Of a stretch of DNA of 64,000 bases, positions 1-20,800 are shown one piece after another (position 1 is the first letter of the stretch; the number at the start of each line of letters is the position of its first letter). The stretch covers positions 62,001 to 126,000 of the forward strand of contig NMRA01000723.1 in the NCBI GenBank assembly GCA_002633005.1, read 5' to 3'. The notes under the pieces are model-generated. The model had not been told where the DNA came from. It worked only from the letters and a program-made list of their open reading frames with translations, and did not search any database. The position numbers and the translations under genes are program-made. This DNA is from Phoronis australis. Lineage: Eukaryota; Animalia; Phoronida.

Positions 1-179
1 ATTTCATTTCTGTCTTTAAAATTGAAAAAAAATTATAATTATTTATTTTTCAATTGTGTTAATTAGCGACATGAATTATACAAAAACAAAACAAAACAAA
101 GCAAGTTCCGATTAGTGAGTTTAAGAAATAAATTATGGGTTTCTCATGTTAATAGAAACATCCGGTCACTGGTGTGAAA

Positions 180-905
180 ATGACTTGTCTAATTCAAGCG
201 GTGGCCAAACAGGCATCTTTGACTTTTAGGAAGTGCTTCAATGATCCAAAGTTCCCAGAAAATTTTGAAAAACTGCGTATCCTAGTTGGACGAATTACAG
301 TTGATGATGTACACTTCAACAAGTCGCTTGTTAGTGACGAAAGTGTGTACAACCCACGAATCCAAAAGCAGGTTGCACCGGTCACGTACATTCATTTATA
401 TGAGGATGATATCTACTCTATGGGTATATTTGTGTTAAAAAATGGAACCAGCCTGCCGTTACATGATCACCCGAATATGTTTGGTGTTTGTAAGTGTATC
501 TATGGAAAACTCCACGTCAGAAGTTTCACAGAGCTGAAGCAGGATAGTTTAACAGAAAAACTCAGAAACGAATTGAAACTTAAGTCATGGCAAGAGGTCA
601 ATTCTGTGCGCAAGGTATACGATGGTCTCAAGACTGTCACGGATTCTTCTTATTACCTATCACCAGATGAAGCTAATTTTCATGCCATTCGTGCTGTGGA
701 TGGCCCTGCAGCATTTTTAGACATACTAGCGCCACCTTACGACCACAAGATCGAAAGTCGTGATTGTCATTATTTTCGTGAACTTACCCATGTTGATGGT
801 ACGAATTCAGAATCAAAAGACATTCACTGGCTCCTCAAAATAACACAGCCTTATGAATTCTGGTGTGACTCAGCACCTTACGATGGACCCATTATTACTA
901 GGTAG
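180..905 (+). CDS. ADO: 2-aminoethanethiol (cysteamine) dioxygenase, single coding exon; copy 1, probably a haplotypic duplicate
   Basis: First ATG is at 180 (the ORF track starts at an upstream GTG), giving 241 aa. Contains PCO/ADO cupin motifs: APVTYIHLYE, PLHDHPNM (metal His pair), GPAAFLDILAPPYD and DCHY (Cys-Tyr crosslink site). Confidence 0.9.
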   Translation: MTCLIQAVAKQASLTFRKCFNDPKFPENFEKLRILVGRITVDDVHFNKSLVSDESVYNPRIQKQVAPVTYIHLYEDDIYSMGIFVLKNGTSLPLHDHPNMFGVCKCIYGKLHVRSFTELKQDSLTEKLRNELKLKSWQEVNSVRKVYDGLKTVTDSSYYLSPDEANFHAIRAVDGPAAFLDILAPPYDHKIESRDCHYFRELTHVDGTNSESKDIHWLLKITQPYEFWCDSAPYDGPIITR

Positions 906-1464
906 AATAAGCAATATTATACAGACACAGTTATTGCCAGGACAATGGAGGAAGTGCTGGCACAGATCCAGAGTGGGTTTCAGGTCTCCTCTGCATGGCT
1001 CTTTTTGTATTGCAATAGCTGAAGAATATAAAGTGCATTCTATGCTTGTCTGTCATCGAAACCCTGGATCAGGGCCTGAACGGTTATATTAAATGACTTT
1101 TGGTGCGTTTCACAGACCCGCCTTTGGCAAGCCAGAAGTTGATCTAAATGGCTGAACACTANGTGATATTTTGTGTACTATCAAGACGAAGGCAAAAAAG
1201 ACTTGTTTCTATATAGATATAAGTATCTATTAAATGAACTGAACAGTATGATGAACAAAGCGTGACTGAGGCTACACAGCAGCATGCACTATAAACATAA
1301 TGTTGGTGGCCAAGACTAATTAATGTGGTCGCCATGATTAATTAATCTGAAAGTCAGTCTAAACAAATACTGGAAGTGAACAATGAGCCCATCATATTAC
1401 AAGGCTCATATGATTCACCGAAAGCACAACTACAACAACTGCAAGCCAGGTGTACTATACTTAC

Positions 1465-1972
1465 AGTTTTAGTTATAACACTGCGTTTCGGCTGTGCAGA
1501 CAGTTTGCTGAAGGGGTTCCTGCAAAAAATCGATAAAAATCACAGCTCACGTTTGAAATGAAACAACATTGGCCGATGTCTCACTCCTACGGGCCCTGTT
1601 ACATACTGCCATTCAGAGAATGGCAACCCTGACGTCGCTTGACGACCAAAGATGGAGCGGCATAAACATTCATGCCATCAACCATGAGCAACATTTGGCA
1701 CTCGAGATTCAGAACTACTACAAACCCGATATACTCTAGCAGCACCTCCAACAATATGGAGGACCTTTTTAGTTTTTTACTGCAGTTTTTATAACTGCAC
1801 TTTCAACTTTCGGGCCCTTGAATTCGTCATGCAAACGCACAGTTTTTTTACAACAGAGAAACAACCAAAACACGAATAGAGTAATAATCTTAACACTTTA
1901 AATTAGGACTTGAAGGCACGCACCTTTCTTCAATCGCAAATGAATTACACTGATTCGTACTCACCAACTCAT
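1465..1972 (-). CDS. BIN3: Bridging integrator 3 (BAR-domain protein), coding exons 1-2; the rest lies beyond the gap/left of the window
   Basis: Exon 1 is 1972..1965 (ATGAGTTG, then GTGAGT donor). Exon 2 is 1519..1465 (ttttttgcag acceptor, GTAAGT donor). They splice to MSWNPFSKLSAQPKRSVITKT, matching the BIN3 N-terminus as I recall it (human MSWIPFKIGQPKKQIVPKT), including the 8-nt first coding exon. Confidence 0.8.
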
Positions 1973-2277
1973 GATGACTTCTGATCGAGTTGCGAGTTGA
2001 GGAAAACCCGGAAGTAAACATAAGAGGAAGTCTCTCGACAAGCCAAATTAGTGTTTCTGATCAAGAAAGGTTGTTGCTGTCTTCTGGAAATCAATTTCAT
2101 TTCTGTCTTTAAAATTGAAAAAAAAATGTATAATTACTTATTTTTCAATTGTGTTAATTAGCGACATGAATTATACAAAAACAAAACAAAACAAAGCAAG
2201 TTCCGATTAGTGAGTTTAAGAAATAAATTATGGGGTTTTCATGTTAATAGAAACATCCGGTCACTGGTGTTGTGAAA
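1973..2277. promoter_or_regulatory. Putative bidirectional promoter region for BIN3/ADO
   Basis: 305 bp separate the divergent ATGs. ETS-type motifs CCGGAAGT at 2008-2015 and AGGAAGT at 2025-2031. Confidence 0.6.
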
Positions 2278-3003
2278 ATGACTTGTCTAATTCAAGCGGT
2301 GGCCAAACAGGCATCTTTGACTTTTAGGAAGTGCTTCAATGATCCAAAGTTCCCAGAAAATTTTGAAAAACTGCGTAACCTAGTTGGACGAATTACAGTT
2401 GATGATGTACACTTCAACAAGTCGCTTGTTAGTGACGAAAGTGTGTACAACCCACGAATCCAAAAGCAGGTTGCACCGGTCACGTACATTCATTTATATG
2501 AGGATGACATCTACTCTATGGGTATATTTGTGTTAAAAAATGGAACCAGCCTGCCGTTACATGATCACCCGAATATGTTTGGTGTTTGTAAGTGTATCTA
2601 TGGAAAACTCCACGTCAGAAGTTTCACAGAGCTGAAGCAGGATAGTTTAACAGAAAAACTCAGAAACGAATTGAAACTTAAGTCATGGCAAGAGGTCAAT
2701 TCTGTGCGCAAGGTATACGATGGCCTCAAGACTGTCACAGATTCTTCTTATTACCTATCACCAGATGAAGCTAATTTTCATGCCATTCGTGCTGTGGATG
2801 GCCCTGCAGCATTTTTAGACATACTAGCGCCACCTTACGACCACAAGATCGAAAGTCGTGATTGTCATTATTTTCGTGAACTTACCCATGTTGATGGTAC
2901 GAATTCAGAATCAAAAGACATTCACTGGCTCCTCAAAATAACACAGCCTTATGAATTCTGGTGTGACTCAGCACCTTACGATGGACCCATTATTACTAGG
3001 TAG
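2278..3003 (+). CDS. ADO: 2-aminoethanethiol (cysteamine) dioxygenase, single coding exon; copy 2
   Basis: ATG at 2278. Same motifs as copy 1. Differs from it by one amino acid (I vs N in KLRxLV) and three synonymous changes that I could see. Confidence 0.93.
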   Translation: MTCLIQAVAKQASLTFRKCFNDPKFPENFEKLRNLVGRITVDDVHFNKSLVSDESVYNPRIQKQVAPVTYIHLYEDDIYSMGIFVLKNGTSLPLHDHPNMFGVCKCIYGKLHVRSFTELKQDSLTEKLRNELKLKSWQEVNSVRKVYDGLKTVTDSSYYLSPDEANFHAIRAVDGPAAFLDILAPPYDHKIESRDCHYFRELTHVDGTNSESKDIHWLLKITQPYEFWCDSAPYDGPIITR

Positions 3004-4825
3004 AATAAGCAATATTATACAGACACAGTTATTGCCAGGACAATGGAGGAAGTGCTGGCACAGATCCAGAGTGGGTTTCAGGTCTCCTCTGCATGGCTCT
3101 TTTTGTATTGCAATAGCTGAAGAATATAAAGTGCATTCTATGCTTGTCTGTCATCGAAACCCTGGATCAGGGCCTGAACGGTTATATTAAATGACTTTTG
3201 GTGCGTTTCACAGACCCGCCTTTGGCAAGCCAGAAGTTGATCTAAATGGCTGAACACTAACAACAATGATTGCACCATAGATACCTAAGTGGCTTGTGTT
3301 TAGATGTAGCCTCTGGTTGTATGTACTAAATATTCATTAGCTTAGCACGGCAGGTTCAATTTCTCGATAGCTGGAATATTCATGACAAAATGTCAACGTG
3401 TTTGGGAATCAATCAAATTGATCCGATGGCAACATGGTTGTGATTATAGCATTTTAAAATTTTACCCCTGACATTCACCCTCAATAAAGCAACAGAAATC
3501 AGATTAATTTCGCAGTGCAGTAAAAATCTAAAAAGCCGTCCACACACAGACTATCTCTAGAACAAGTTACTACTGGAATAAGTCGCCGCTAGGTTTGGGA
3601 GCAGTCTGGCCGATACTTAAAAGTAGTGCAATTTGCCCCACTTGTAACTTATCTCACCTAGTCAAGGTTCTAATCGCTGTGTAGCCAAAAATGTGGGGCA
3701 AGACAAAAGCAATCATCAGCTGTGGTTATATACAGGTGGATCCTTGAATAATAATCTAATTTCTGATGCCGTTAGGTTTGCAAATATTAAAACTAACGGG
3801 TAAATCTTCATCATCTGGAATCAATCTGAGATTCCATTGTAAACGCGATTATCATGTAATGAATGAATTTTATTGTTTACCTGAAATAAAGGGCACAATT
3901 CTGTTGAGAAGTTTTCTTTTTTTTAAAGTGTTATAGGGTAAAAATTCTTGAGTTTGGAACAGTCTCTAAAATTTGGGACATTGAATTTTCTTGTATTGTG
4001 TTTATTCTGAAGATTAGGACATGGGCAATGTTGGCATTCATTATATTTTTCAAGTATTGAACTTTTGTATCAATAGTCTGGAAAGACTTGGCAGTTCACA
4101 AAATCATTGAAAAATGTTTTCATTCATCTCCATACTGTGTAACATCGAGGTGAACGATTATTTGTCATTGATGGTAATTCTTGAATTCAGGACATCTAAT
4201 ACGGACCATTTCTAGAATTTGATACAAGCTCCAACCTTGAGCAAAATAATTGATTTTCACTGTGCCAAAAACATCTCTAATTTCTTCATGCAAGTCAGGT
4301 GGATATGCTCTTCTAAAGCACTATCGTCACATACTTATTCTTGTTACAATTAATCGTTCGGATGTCCCCATACTGCCTTCGAGACCTCAACAAACCCAGA
4401 GTGACAAGCAACTTAACGAGCATGGTCTAAAGGAATAACAACTTATTATTTTTTGTTAAGCCAAGAAATCATTTCTAACTTGAATTAGGAACAATAATTA
4501 AAACGATTTAGAAGTGGCAAAATTCAAAGCTTATTTATGACGAGGTGTGTGATTTATTACGTCTTTAATTTTTGAGGAAGACGAATTCATCATCAGATTA
4601 GACTTCACTCTTACTAGTACGGAACCGAGAGTGAAGGGGAATCGACAGAAACGTTAGTAAGATAGCGAAGCCATTCTGTAGAATTTTGCCATCATTAATT
4701 TTTGCTTATAACAGAATTAGACGTCATGACGGGGAAAGTATTTTGTCTGATTACGTTTGTCTTGTACTGTAAGAAAAAAGTTACATTTTTCTGCAAATAC
4801 AAACTTTCCAGGTGCCTTGATTTTA

Positions 4826-14542
<9,717 letters not shown>

Positions 14543-15664
14543 GTCTTGACCTACAAAAGGCCCCTATAAACTGCAGACAGCTTCTACCTGACCTATTTTG
14601 GGGGAACACGTTATCGCTTTCATTGATTCTATTTTATGTTTGATTAAATTATTTCAAATTCACAAAATTACCAGTTTCGTGATGTCAGTTGTTTGTTAAA
14701 ATACCAATATAGGTAGCAATGATACTTTGAATTACTAACTAAAAACTGTTCCGTGAATTTAAAGAATGGTGCAAATTGTCTCTCCCAGATCATGTGATAT
14801 TTCAAAATGGTGGTACCCTGAAGGAAGAGGGAAGTGAGTTTTGCTGAAATGTTTTGAAATACTTCATTACACTCCTCGAAGTAGTAATCATTCTCATTTG
14901 CACTTTTCATCAATGTACTCTTGTAGTATTGGCACATTCAGTGATATTAAGCTATGGCTAGTGTTTTATGGTTGTAAAACTGACTTTAAAATAAACTTCA
15001 AGGAGGTTCTTACTATCGTAGCCTCGGCCCCAGGCTCAGGTCTTCTACTACTACTAGTATACTAGTCGGTAAACCAACCCTGTTTAAATTAGTAAAAATA
15101 GTAAAAATAAAGTGTCGGTACTAATATATCTCTAAATATTCCCCACATTTCACCCGCTCTTTATTAAAGGCATGACACAGACTGCATTTATAGGGGTTCT
15201 ATCTCACTGCAAGTGTGAATAGACTCCAGTAGTTACGTACCGTCGTACCCGTATCTGTTTAGAGATTCCTCTCGTCATCCGTACCCCACTGTTAGTTATA
15301 ATGACTGATGTTCATGCTGTATATCACCATGCGGTCACCTGTGCTATTTTATTTATATCCATCTATTCAGCAGTCTGTATCATGGCTTGACAATTAAAGA
15401 GCGCATTGCTCGAAATGAGGGGAATATTTTAATATATTTTAATCCTGACGATCGTCGTTTTATTTTTTACTATTCTTATCTGTCGGTAACTGCACAGCAT
15501 TCCAGCACCTATTTTATTTGTCGAAATTTAGAGCTGAGTATTGACTACAGGTCTTCATGCTAATTATAGTTAAGTTAACTAGTATGTGTTTAATATTTTA
15601 CTTAATACTATTTTCATTTGTAACATTTATATACAGATGATAATTTTGGATTGTTTATAGACAC

Positions 15665-16250
15665 ATTTATTTATTTATTTATTTAAACTTCTTTAAAAGA
15701 CTGGGTGACCACTCAGTGAATACACTGATTTTCAAGTGGGCCCAGTCGGAAATAATTACATGAAGTAAAATACAGGCAGCTATGTACAATTAGATTGAAA
15801 AGATAATAAGTAAAATGAATTAGTATGAAATTAGTTAATATGTATAATTTGATGAAAAATAACATAAAATAGAGTAAAATAGTGATTAGCTGAGGCCTAC
15901 AGTAACGAACCACGCACAAAGTCCCATTACTTCTGTTTGAACACGTGGATATTGGGCTCGTTAGCGATGGCAATCCCCAGCCCGTTGTAAGCGACAGCAC
16001 CTCTGTAGGCAAAAGTTCTTGTGCCACAGTTGTTTTTAGGTTTAATTGGTACCAAGCAGGCAGAAACATTCGCTCTAGTATTGTAATTGTGAGAATCTCT
16101 GACTGCCTTGAATTTAGTAGTTAGGTAATTAGGTGTGAGGCTATGTGTGGCTGTGTACACCATAAAGTTTAAATGAAAGGCACGCCTGCTAACCAGACTG
16201 CACCAACCAAGTTTATCTAGGAGTTCAAAAATAGGAAAGTCACATGCACA
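15665..16250 (-). mobile_element. 3' end of an L2/CR1-group LINE (5'-truncated)
   Basis: ORF2 C-terminus-like peptide LLDKLGW...HNYNTR...RTFAYRGAVAYNGL...FKQK, followed by a 3' UTR ending in a (TAAA)n tail at 15665-15684. Confidence 0.75.
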
Positions 16251-17807
16251 GCACTTCATGACATCATTACTCTGACATAGGTGAATGCATTTTCGGATGC
16301 TCCAATCCAGTAGCCTGGCTGGCTCAGTCACTTAGTCTATTATCATTTTGTTCAAATGATTAAAATATATATTTTTGTCGCGCCAGAGTTATTTTGACGC
16401 CACATGGGGAAGCTAAAATGAAAAAAAAGCTCATAAAAATGAAATCTAGTTTAGAAAAGTCGTATCTGGCAGTCCTGTTCACTATAACACTATGGTAAAC
16501 ATTCAGATATCAATGGTACATCGCTACTCGGTCTTAGATATTTACTTGGTCTGTGAGTTCAGACCATGTTAGCAAAGCAAGTTAACTTGGAGGCTTACTG
16601 GAGGCTTACGTGGTCTATGACATGTCCATCTGAACCTATTTTTGAATTTCAACTTGAGCTCAAATTTGTGTATAATCTAAACCGTTTAAAACGTGACTCA
16701 AAATGTGAATTTCTGGATCCTGTGTTACATACAGTCAAATATACGCCAGTCCAAATCCTTTTGATTTGCTTTGGAACAATTGCTCTTTCGCTGATTGGGG
16801 TTTGGATGCTATGCTCGTTCACTGGTGGCCGGTGTTCGACACATGCCATGGACTAGTGGATTTTTCACACAATGATGCTCAACTACATTGAGATCCACAA
16901 CTGGGATATGCACGTGCATGATGTCCCAAGAAGCAGGACCAACCTGCCAGACAGTCCAGCACATTGAGTGTTGTTGAAGGAAAATTCCAAGACTATCACC
17001 TCTGATACTGCGATTGACGCCAAGCGGTGCCCCCCCCCACTCTGCATAATTGAGAGGATTGTTGTGAATTTCCAATTTCGGGTGCGACATACGGTTAAAT
17101 AAAGACCTTTCTAAATCATTCACTACAGCACAATTGCTCTTTGGCCAATTGGTTTGTGTAGATACTCTACTCACACGTCAGTGCCTCGTGATTGACATTG
17201 CCAGGTGGAATTTTCTATAGAAAATAGACCAGTTATGCTTCAAAATTAGTAAACTTACCAATTTGTACTCAAATCATGCAGCGTACTCGGTCAAATTTGA
17301 CTCAGAGATTTGATCATGGCCCTTAAAGTCGCCAGGCAGTTAAAAATTCAAAGTTACCTCATGGTAAATGTATATATTTTAAAATTGAGGGCTACACAAT
17401 CAGTTGAATTTCAAAAACTGAACTTATTTGGGTCATAGAGTCTCATGAATTTCTTGACCCAATGTTTACTCCCTTGGGACTGTGCCCTGCTTGTACCAGG
17501 GCACTTTGCTGCTGTAAGATTATAAAACCATATTTCACCCACGGTTTTGGGAATGTAATCAGTAAACATCTCAAAATGCTAGGGAAATACTACAAATAGT
17601 GAAAAATCATTTTTCATCTGGGAAGTTTTCATATTTTTACCTTCAAATCTATAATATACGAGAGATGTCACTTCTCCGACCCATTTCTCTCTCTGTAAAT
17701 TTTATTCCTTGTCTCCAGAACGCATAAATGTGACCAGCATGCCAAATCTCAGTATATACAACCGTGTTGTTTATTTGTAGCTATGCACGTCATATACCAG
17801 TGTGAAA

Positions 17808-20800
17808 ATGAAGGGTATAGTGGTGTTCAGTGATGCTAATGACCTGGCCTTTCTTTACACTGACCCTGACTACAAGCATCACCTTATTGAAAAGGCTTTA
17901 GCTACTGGACTTATTGAGGTGAGTACCGAGGGGAAACTCTTGACTCAGTTTTGGATTAGGCTTCACCGCTTTAGTCTTCATCTATACCTTATCACAATTC
18001 TTTATCTAACAAAATTTATAGTATAGCTACATCAGTTATTGTTTTATTAATCAGTTTGTTCTGCTCAAATAGATTAGGACTACATTCGGAGAAGCAAGAC
18101 AATCACAAAACCATGAGTTTTCTTCTCAGCGTCTTCCACACATGTAACTAAACACAGTACAGCACCATGTTTGAAAAGCACAGTTTTTTGGATTGAAATT
18201 TGTTGTATAGCTGTACTTATTTTGGATTACTTTACCATTGATTGACGTTGTATAGCTGTACTTATTTTAGATTACTATACCATTAATTGAAATTGTTGTG
18301 TAGCTGTACTTATTTTGGATTATTTTACCATTGATTGACACTGTTGTGTAGCTGTGCTTATTTTTCACTATTTTCCAGTAAACTTGGTAGTGACAAGCTC
18401 AGCAGGTAAAAATAATGAAGCTAGGTCTGTTTATATGAAATTGTGTGAAGGGAGATTAGAAAGCCAAAATATAACATGTAATTTGCATCATGTTTTGAAT
18501 TTTTGCTCAGGGAGAACCCTGCTCTTACAATTCAGCCTTTCAAAAGCTGATTACTCTCCAATGGAAACTTTACCAATGTGTGGCATACTCATAATACAAA
18601 GCAAACCAATGACAGACTAAAAAAATTTCTTTTTTTTGTGTTGTTTAGAGCTTTGAAATGTCTAATCTATTGTGTGCTAAATAATTTTATGTTTCTTGAG
18701 GAAGAGTACTATAAGTATGACTAAGTGTGTTAATTTATAGGAGAACTCCCAGAAGAAGGAACTGAACCCAGACGTGGTGGTCCAACTCTTTATGCCTCTT
18801 GTAGCCTCGTGTAGGTTCATGGTAGCTCAGGTCAAGAATGCATACACATCAGTTGAGTTGGAAAATGGATTCACCTTAGTATTTGAAAGTGTAAGTTTTC
18901 ATTTCAAAACATTTCTTTGAGAGTTGAAATGCAAATTGTGATAAAGCACATAGTTTCAGCAAAATATCATTTTGTTTTTTATTTTCTTTTTTTTCTAAAC
19001 CTTTAAACCAAGATATTGTAATCACAGCCTAAATGTCACCATAATGACTCTGGATATGGTGTATTTTATAAGTTAAAGAAACAACATTTTTATGACATTC
19101 ATATTTCTATTTTTTAACATTTTATATGACATTCATATTTCCATTTTTAGATCAAATTGTGATGATAGACATTCTTCAACAAAATTAAGACATCTGCTCT
19201 TCATATTTAATTGCTTTTGCTGTCTAGGAAGTAACTGTGTATTAATTACTGACTGAGTGACTTGATTGGTTGCTTATAGTTTGGTAGCCTTCTTCTGATT
19301 GGTGTAAATGGAGATGGGGAGGAGGATGAGTCATTTCTCCGGCGGAAGGTGCTGGTGTTTAAGAAGATCATACAGTTTCACTTTGGTCCAGCAATAGAAA
19401 GGTACGCGTGACATGAGCGCAGCAGTGAACTGTGGCGCGTACACAATGGAGAGTCATGTAGGATTGTGGTTCTCGGCAAGAGTTCCTAGCCTCGAATTGG
19501 TGGAAAAATTCAAATTAAGCTGAATTTTTGTATGTTGTACATCGAAACAAATTATCATCATGGATCTGTGTACAGAAAATCCCCAAATGCTGTGTGTCTT
19601 TGCAAAGTTTAATATAAAAACATAGAAATCTTATTGGTGTCTCTAGAAAAGTCTGTAACATTACCAATCAAATGATGCTGACATCAATGGGGTTGTGGAA
19701 AAATTCAAAACTGTGTGACATGTCTAGTTTCAATTCCAAAAATTCAAAACCAATCACAAATGATAAAAACCAGGATTCAGCAACTTTTATTATGTCAAGC
19801 ACATGTCACCATGCATGGTTAGTGCAGTACAGTTGTCACGAAACCATTTGTGGTAAAAATTTGACCATTTCTAACACTGTCGCCGAGAAGTGAAGAATAA
19901 ACTACACATTTGCAAAGTATTTTTTAATGAAATTGAATAAAGTTGATCATTTCTTACTTACTTTAGTTTGAATGAGAATGACTAGGTTCTTATCTATAGT
20001 TGGTGAGCTACATTTCTGGTGAAAACTGTGAAGTTTAGAACTTTGAGACTGTCGTCAAAAACTATGTGCAGGCTAAAGTGTTTGAATGGAAATTAACCAA
20101 GTCTCACATAAGTGGCCTGGTCTTGACAAAGTTTGTGAAGTCAAGTTGTTGAACCAAGTGGTTAAAAGTTGATGAAAACTGCAAAGAAGGGAATGACATG
20201 CGTGAAACTCTTCTTATTTCAAACGTAATTCTTCCTGTTGAATATCTATCTACTTGCTTCGTTGGATTTTAATTTCTTCTGCATAATACATGATGATGTT
20301 TTCAAAGCCACAGACGATTATATTCATTACGAACATACACTATGACCTACAGATCAGGTTTAGTCACTGACTGCTGTACCTGATGGCGGCATAGTAATAT
20401 ATTCATTATGAACATGCAGTATGACCTGCAGGTCAGGTTTAGTCACTGACTGCTGTACCTGATGGCGGCATAGTAATATGTTCATTATCAACATGCACTA
20501 TGACCTGAGGTACCTGATGGCGGCATAGTAATATGTTCATCATGAACATGCACTATGACCTACAGATCAGGTTTAGTCACTGACTGCTGTACCTGATGAC
20601 GGCATAGTAATATATTCATCATGAACATGCACTATGACCTACAGATCAGGTTTAGTCACTGACTGCTGTACCTGATGGCGGCATAGTGATATGTTCATTA
20701 TGAACATGCACTATGACCTGCAGGTCAGGTTTAGTCACTGACTGCTGTACCTGATGATATTGTAGTGATGTGTTCATGTGACACACATCCTATGACCTAG

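Larger units (their letters stand above)
1..3259. repeat. Near-identical duplication 1..1161 / 2094..3259; the first copy ends at N1162 (likely assembly false duplication)
   Basis: Direct comparison of the copies shows a few SNPs and small indels. The left copy stops exactly at the N. Confidence 0.85.

Noticed and set aside
16809-17174. 121-aa minus-strand ORF
   Set aside because: GTG start, no recognisable domain and no phase-compatible link to neighbouring genes. Probably decayed repeat.
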